A stretch of 64,000 bases of DNA, from contig JBPOGI010000001.1 in NCBI GenBank assembly GCA_051251855.1, forward strand, positions 1,248,001 through 1,312,000, in the 5' to 3' direction. Each line of letters opens with the position of its first letter. The stretch's first letter is position 1. The stretch comes from Roseibacillus sp. Lineage in GTDB: Bacteria; Verrucomicrobiota; Verrucomicrobiia; Verrucomicrobiales; Akkermansiaceae. The notes under the pieces were generated by a model that was given only the letters and a program-made list of their open reading frames with translations, did not search any database and was not told the DNA's origin. The translations under genes and the position numbers were made by a program. Shown here in pieces: positions 59,379 to 64,000 of the stretch.

Positions 59379-60782
59379 TCAATCTTTTAAAGTCAGAGTG
59401 AGCGGCTTTGGGTTCTCGACCAGACCAACCGGGCGGACTTCTCTTGCCATCTCGGATTCAAAGTCTTTCATCGCTGTTCTTAACTTCGCCACAATTTCAG
59501 GGTTCTGGGCTGCGAGGTTTTTCTTCTCTGAGATATCTTCTGCGAGATTGTAGAGCGCCTCTTCGCCATCCGTGATGCGGAACTTCCAATCCCCCCAGCG
59601 AACCGCTTCTAGGTTCCCCCAGTAGGCGTAGAAGAAATATTGGTGCGGACTTTTCGCTCCCTCGACGAGAACGGGCATGATGTCTTTACCATCGATCTCG
59701 CGGTCTGCATCCAAAGTCGCCCCGCTCACCTTGGCGAAGGTGGGCAGGATATCCATCGCGGTGAGAACCTCATCATTCACGCTCCCCGCAGGAATCCCAT
59801 TGGGCCAGCGGATGACGGTGGGCATGCGTTGCCCCCCTTCGAGAGTTTTTCCTTTCTTTCCTCGCAACGGTTTGGCGGAACCTCTGGAGGGACCGTTGTC
59901 GCTCGTAAAGAGCACGATGGTGTTTTCATCAATCCCCTGCTCCTTGAGAGTGTCCAGCACCTGCCCCACCGACCAATCGATTTCGTTTTTTGCGGTGTTG
60001 TAAATATCTCCCCTTCCTGGTGCGCCCGCTTTGCGAACGGCGGCATAGGACTTCCTAATTTCCTCGGAAGCCGCGAGTGGTCCGTGCGGTAAAGGATGCG
60101 CGAGATAGAGGAAAAAGTTCTCTTCCTTGTTTCGCTTGATGAAGTCGACCGCTTTTTCGGTGAACCGCCTGGTGAGATAATTCGTATCAGGATCCAGTTC
60201 AACCACTTCTTCCCCCTCCAAGAGTGGAAGCGGCGGAAACTTGAAATACTTCTGCCCGGGATGCTTCGGCATGATGTCGTGGCTGTAGGGCAAGCCAAAG
60301 AACTCCTCAAATCCCTGCCGAGTGGGTAAAAATACTGGTTGGTCACCCAGATGCCATTTGCCAAACATGCCTGTCTTGTAGCCTACTGATTGCGCCACTT
60401 CCGCAATCGTGGTTTCGTCAGGATTCAACCCCTTGCCGTCCCCCGCCAGACAAACTGGAAAGTGTTTTCCCTTTGGAAGGTTCGGCTTATCAATCGTCAG
60501 ACTCGAACAAATCTCCATGTCGATACGCTGCGGATAACAGCCCGTCATGAGTGCGGCGCGCGAAGGGGTGCAAACCGGAGCTGCGACATAGAAGCTCGTC
60601 AGTCGAGCCCCCTCCTTGGCCATTTGGTCGATGTGAGGAGTGTAAACCTGCTTTCCCCCAAAACATCCCAAATCGCCATAGCCCTGATCATCGGTGAAAA
60701 TAATCACCAAGTTAGGACGTTCAGCCGCTACCACGGCCCCCACCAAAAGGGCGGTTACCAAGAATATTCGTAAAATCATCAT
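59379..60782 (-). CDS. Formylglycine-dependent (Cys-type) sulfatase
   Basis: RPNLVIIFTDDQGYGDLG, CTPSRAALMTG, GKWHLG, FTSDNGP and EGGQRMP. Confidence 0.95.
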   Translation of the reverse strand: MMILRIFLVTALLVGAVVAAERPNLVIIFTDDQGYGDLGCFGGKQVYTPHIDQMAKEGARLTSFYVAAPVCTPSRAALMTGCYPQRIDMEICSSLTIDKPNLPKGKHFPVCLAGDGKGLNPDETTIAEVAQSVGYKTGMFGKWHLGDQPVFLPTRQGFEEFFGLPYSHDIMPKHPGQKYFKFPPLPLLEGEEVVELDPDTNYLTRRFTEKAVDFIKRNKEENFFLYLAHPLPHGPLAASEEIRKSYAAVRKAGAPGRGDIYNTAKNEIDWSVGQVLDTLKEQGIDENTIVLFTSDNGPSRGSAKPLRGKKGKTLEGGQRMPTVIRWPNGIPAGSVNDEVLTAMDILPTFAKVSGATLDADREIDGKDIMPVLVEGAKSPHQYFFYAYWGNLEAVRWGDWKFRITDGEEALYNLAEDISEKKNLAAQNPEIVAKLRTAMKDFESEMAREVRPVGLVENPKPLTLTLKD

Positions 60783-61041
60783 TTGAGTTTGAAGGAACTG
60801 AAACACCTCCAGCAAGCGCCAAACCTATCAACATCTTTCCCTTTGAAGTGAGATGGTGAAGGCCGGGACAACAGGCTTGGGAATCGGACCGTCATTGCTC
60901 CTAAGCTCAGACTAAACAACCTAGCTAAGCTGCTTCCTTCGAAAACTCTTTTGACAAAAAGCGTCTTAATTTCGGTGCTAAATTTGCAATCTCACCATGA
61001 AGAAAGACAAACTAACCCCTCAATCTATCGGTTAAAAAGAG

Positions 61042-61087
61042 AGGCGGCGGTCGGATTTGAACCGACGAATACAGGTTTTGCAAACCT
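61042..61087 (-). other. 3' half of tRNA-Cys(GCA), interpreted as the att-site duplication
   Basis: The minus strand reads AGGT-TTGCAAA-ACCT-GTATTC-GTCGG-TTCAAAT-CCGAC-CGCCGCC-T (anticodon arm, T arm, acceptor 3' strand). The D arm and 5' acceptor strand are absent. The integrase starts 98 nt away. Confidence 0.88.
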
Positions 61088-61185
61088 ACATTTTCACTAA
61101 TCATTAGTGAGTTACAAACCCTTCGCCACTATTTCGCCACTAAATCCTTGAAAGCCTACTCTTTTTCCCGAATCGTTGCAAAGAG

Positions 61186-62367
61186 ATGCAGATGGGTGCA
61201 CAGAACCGAAATCGTGGTGACTACGTCGATGTTAGAGCCGTCGCAAAGACTTCAGAACACTTCAAGAAACACCGCTATCGATGGATCGTAGAAGCCAGAC
61301 TAAACGATAAACGAATCAGGAAATACTTCCGGAACGGGCAGGCTAGCGAACGCGATATTTGTGAAGCCGAACTCAAGGCCCTTATTGACGAACACAGTAA
61401 AGACACTCGTGACAAAGCTGCGGACCACAAACTTCAAAAGCTCGCCGTAGAGGCTGACTCTATGCTCGCCCCCTTCGGCAAGACGATTGTCGATGCCGCG
61501 CGATTCTACGCAAACTATCTGGAACAAGAATCAACCAAAGAGAGCACTCCCCTTTCACAGGTCATTCAAAAATTCCTCAAAGAGAAAAAACAAGAAGGAG
61601 TGAGCGACTTACATCAGGCTGACCTCCGTCAACGTCTGGCCCGGTTCGATAAGGCTCACCCCAACCGCAGCCTTTCGAGTTTCACACGCAACGAAATCAG
61701 CGAGTGGATCTTAGCGCTTCCAGTTGGGCCTCAAGCAAGAATCAACCAGAGACGCATTCTACATAATCTTTTCCGCTATGCTGTAGACAGTGAACTACTC
61801 TCAACTAACCCCGTGACTACTGCTGCGAAGGGCATCAAAGTGAGACGAAAGAAGACCGTTATCCTGCTCCCTGAAGAAGTTTCCACCCTACTAAAGCACT
61901 GCACTGCAAAGACACTTCCCGCTGTCTGTCTGATGGTCTTTTGTGGAATCCGAAAAGACGAAGTTGGACGCCTCGACTGGAAAGACATTGATTGGGAAGA
62001 TTGCACCGTCGAGGTGTCTGCTGAAAACGCCAAACGAGAAAGTCACGCCCGCCATGTGACGATACCTGCCAATGCGATAAAGTGGCTACGTCCCCTTAAA
62101 AAATTGCGAGGACCCATTGCTCCTTTTAAAACTAGCAATGTCTTCACGAAGGCCCTTCAAGACACGCGTCGTGAAGCCGGGTGGGAACCCGGCCAGTGGC
62201 CCAACAATGCCCTCCGAAAAACCTTCATTAGTTGCCACTATGAAAGCTTTGGAAGCATCGACGAGACAGCTCGCCAAGCGGGAACAAGCGTTGGCATCAT
62301 TCACCGCTACTACCGGAAGCTCATTAAGCCAGCAATGGCCAAAAAACTCTGGAAAATCTCCCCCTAA
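61186..62367 (+). CDS. Tyrosine recombinase / integrase
   Basis: SAM-like core-binding region (LHNLFRYAV...TNPV), FCGIRKDEVGRLDW, AKR..ARHV, NALRKTF and IIHRYY. Confidence 0.92.
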   Translation: MQMGAQNRNRGDYVDVRAVAKTSEHFKKHRYRWIVEARLNDKRIRKYFRNGQASERDICEAELKALIDEHSKDTRDKAADHKLQKLAVEADSMLAPFGKTIVDAARFYANYLEQESTKESTPLSQVIQKFLKEKKQEGVSDLHQADLRQRLARFDKAHPNRSLSSFTRNEISEWILALPVGPQARINQRRILHNLFRYAVDSELLSTNPVTTAAKGIKVRRKKTVILLPEEVSTLLKHCTAKTLPAVCLMVFCGIRKDEVGRLDWKDIDWEDCTVEVSAENAKRESHARHVTIPANAIKWLRPLKKLRGPIAPFKTSNVFTKALQDTRREAGWEPGQWPNNALRKTFISCHYESFGSIDETARQAGTSVGIIHRYYRKLIKPAMAKKLWKISP

Positions 62368-62386
62368 ACGAACCTATCACCTCAAG

Positions 62387-63382
62387 ATGGAATACCGGAA
62401 AATTCGTAAGCCTCTTCCTCCTCATCTGGGTGGTCGTGAGGGAAATGAGGCGCTTTTTGAATATTTCTATAATTCCGCTTGGGCGCTTACAGGACGGGGG
62501 CGGTGTCCTTTTCCCGATTTTAGCGAGGCTGAGCAGGCTCACAAGGGGTCAATTTCGGCGCTGATAACAGATCCACAATGGAAAGAGTTCGCAGCAAATT
62601 TTGATAACTGCGAGGCTATGGAGCGGCGTCTCAAAACGTTCGTCAATCAGTTCCCAGCTTGGAGAATTCCTAGAAAAAACGAGCGCCAAGAGACGTCTCA
62701 GAAACAATCTTCTTTCCTTGTAGAAGATGAGTTCATGCATATTGATTCTTTCACCCGTGGGATAGTGGAGTCACTCAGGCTTGATGGCAATGAGACTTAC
62801 GAAGACTTTGTAGCTGACCATTTCACCGAGGATCAAGAGAACCGGTCAGCGGTCACCGCAGACCTCATTCACGAACTTGATCAAGAAGTCATTGATGCCC
62901 TTTTAACTGAACGAGACGATTGGGAAAAATTAGCAACGCGCTTCGCTTATTTCATCCAAGACATTTTGACAAATGAGGAATCTTACAAAGACTTCTGCAA
63001 ACGAGCAAAAAAAAGGACGAGAGCTTCTCAAGAAAACGTGAACACCGTTCCGATCCTGAACGGCTTTTTATCCTTTTGTCACAGAGAGAAGAGACTGCCC
63101 GAGAAGAGCGAACTAAATCGGGAAGCTAATAGCTGGAACAATGCCACCGCTTACTTCCTAGGAAGTGGAGTGACTGCTCCCAGTATCGGCAAACGAATAT
63201 CCCAGAAGGATGAAGGTGAAATGGTGGTAATAGAGCCTCTGTTTGGCCTCCTAAAACACCATGGGCTGCCAATTTTTTGGACAATTCCAGCCCCCAAGCA
63301 TGAGGAGCAGTTTCTGGAAAAATCCTCACTTACCAAAGCCCTCAAAGACCTAGGCTTAAATGGTCTAAGAGCAAGCCGATAG
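62387..63382 (+). CDS. Hypothetical protein of the integrative element
   Basis: Long ORF starting 19 nt after the integrase stop (MEYRKIRK). No recognised motif. Confidence 0.65.
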   Translation: MEYRKIRKPLPPHLGGREGNEALFEYFYNSAWALTGRGRCPFPDFSEAEQAHKGSISALITDPQWKEFAANFDNCEAMERRLKTFVNQFPAWRIPRKNERQETSQKQSSFLVEDEFMHIDSFTRGIVESLRLDGNETYEDFVADHFTEDQENRSAVTADLIHELDQEVIDALLTERDDWEKLATRFAYFIQDILTNEESYKDFCKRAKKRTRASQENVNTVPILNGFLSFCHREKRLPEKSELNREANSWNNATAYFLGSGVTAPSIGKRISQKDEGEMVVIEPLFGLLKHHGLPIFWTIPAPKHEEQFLEKSSLTKALKDLGLNGLRASR

Positions 63383-63501
63383 GCTTTCGTTTGACGCCTC
63401 ATGGCTAGTCAAGAACTCACACTACTAATGACGTGTTTTATTCTTAGTAGTGCTAAGGCTCTCGCTCGGGCTCTTCTCTGTCAGGTTCTGGCTTCAACTT
63501 C

Positions 63502-63753
63502 ATGCAGCCTCAATCTAGTCACCGCCCTCCCCCCGCAGAGCCAAGCAGCTTAGTCGGCATACAAGCTTGTCTCGAAATTATCTTTCCCGACGAAAATTCC
63601 CGTCCAAGTCTTCGCGCATTCCACGATTGGAAACGGCGAGGCTACTTCCCCCAAGTCAAAATTGGAAGCCGCGTCTTCTTGGACCCCGAGCAGGTCCGGG
63701 CCTCACTTGTCGAGAAATTCTCGTCCGAACAGGGCGAAATATCAAATCGCTAG
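63502..63753 (+). CDS. Excisionase-like helix-turn-helix protein
   Basis: RPSLRAFHDWKRRGYFPQVKIGSRVFLDPEQVRASL fits the MerR/Xis wHTH pattern. Confidence 0.72.
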   Translation: MQPQSSHRPPPAEPSSLVGIQACLEIIFPDENSRPSLRAFHDWKRRGYFPQVKIGSRVFLDPEQVRASLVEKFSSEQGEISNR

Positions 63754-63824
63754 CAATACTCGCTCCAAGGGGTCCCCGCCCCTCGAAGCAAGATAACAAC
63801 TAACAGGGGAACTAAGAAAAAAAT

Positions 63825-64000
63825 ATGAAAGAAAATAGCCCGCTCCCCCCCGAGGGAGATAGTAACGAAATCCAAGATGACCAAGCTTGGGAAAATACCG
63901 AAAGGGGTGGTGAGACACCCCTCCCGGATAAGGAAAAAAGCAAGTTCGAACCTACGATCTTTCCGCCGGAAGGTTACACCCAACAGGATGAAAATGTCAC
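63825..64000 (+). CDS. Partial hypothetical protein (runs off the window)
   Basis: ATG 63825 opens a frame with no stop to the window end (MKENSPLPPEG...). Confidence 0.4.
   Translation, partial: MKENSPLPPEGDSNEIQDDQAWENTERGGETPLPDKEKSKFEPTIFPPEGYTQQDENV

Larger units (their letters stand above)
61042..64000. mobile_element. Left end of an integrative element (prophage, satellite or genomic island) at tRNA-Cys
   Basis: tRNA fragment, integrase and excisionase-like HTH in succession. The element runs off the window. Confidence 0.8.

Noticed and set aside
61042..61120. Intact tRNA-Cys gene
   Set aside because: No D arm or 5' acceptor strand; only the 3' ~46 nt are tRNA-like.
62117..62386. 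N-terminal 90 aa of ORF 62117..63382
   Set aside because: It overlaps the integrase catalytic region in another frame. ATG 62387, just after the integrase stop, is the more plausible start.

Overview
This is a bacterial chromosome segment, most likely from Verrucomicrobiota (MurC-MurB fusion, PEP-CTERM protein, Verru_Chthon-A-like pilin protein, sulfatases). The + strand is visibly C-rich regardless of gene orientation. Housekeeping genes (giant TPR protein, cysE/Rrf2, pyc, hppA, murC-murB, oligopeptide ABC ATPase) are interrupted by four accessory blocks. (1) An integrase-free defence islet after pyc (Fic, Phd/PIN toxin-antitoxin pair, Zorya type II zorABE) containing a displaced, diverged copy of the pyc 3' end. 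(2) A ~22 kb glycan-utilisation-like cluster (NarL-type two-component system, SASA esterase, PilX-like protein, GH97, beta-helix proteins, PEP-CTERM protein, sulfatase) in which three promoters share a 23-bp operator overlapping the -35 box. (3) Between two paralogous sulfatases, three progressively deleted RAYT/HUH-transposase units bounded by direct repeats alternate with passenger genes in a cassette-like array. (4) The left end of a tyrosine-integrase element next to a duplicated 3' half of tRNA-Cys. A 208-bp MITE with a CTAG target duplication sits at the Rrf2 stop codon. All product calls come from motif recognition by eye; no database searches were run.
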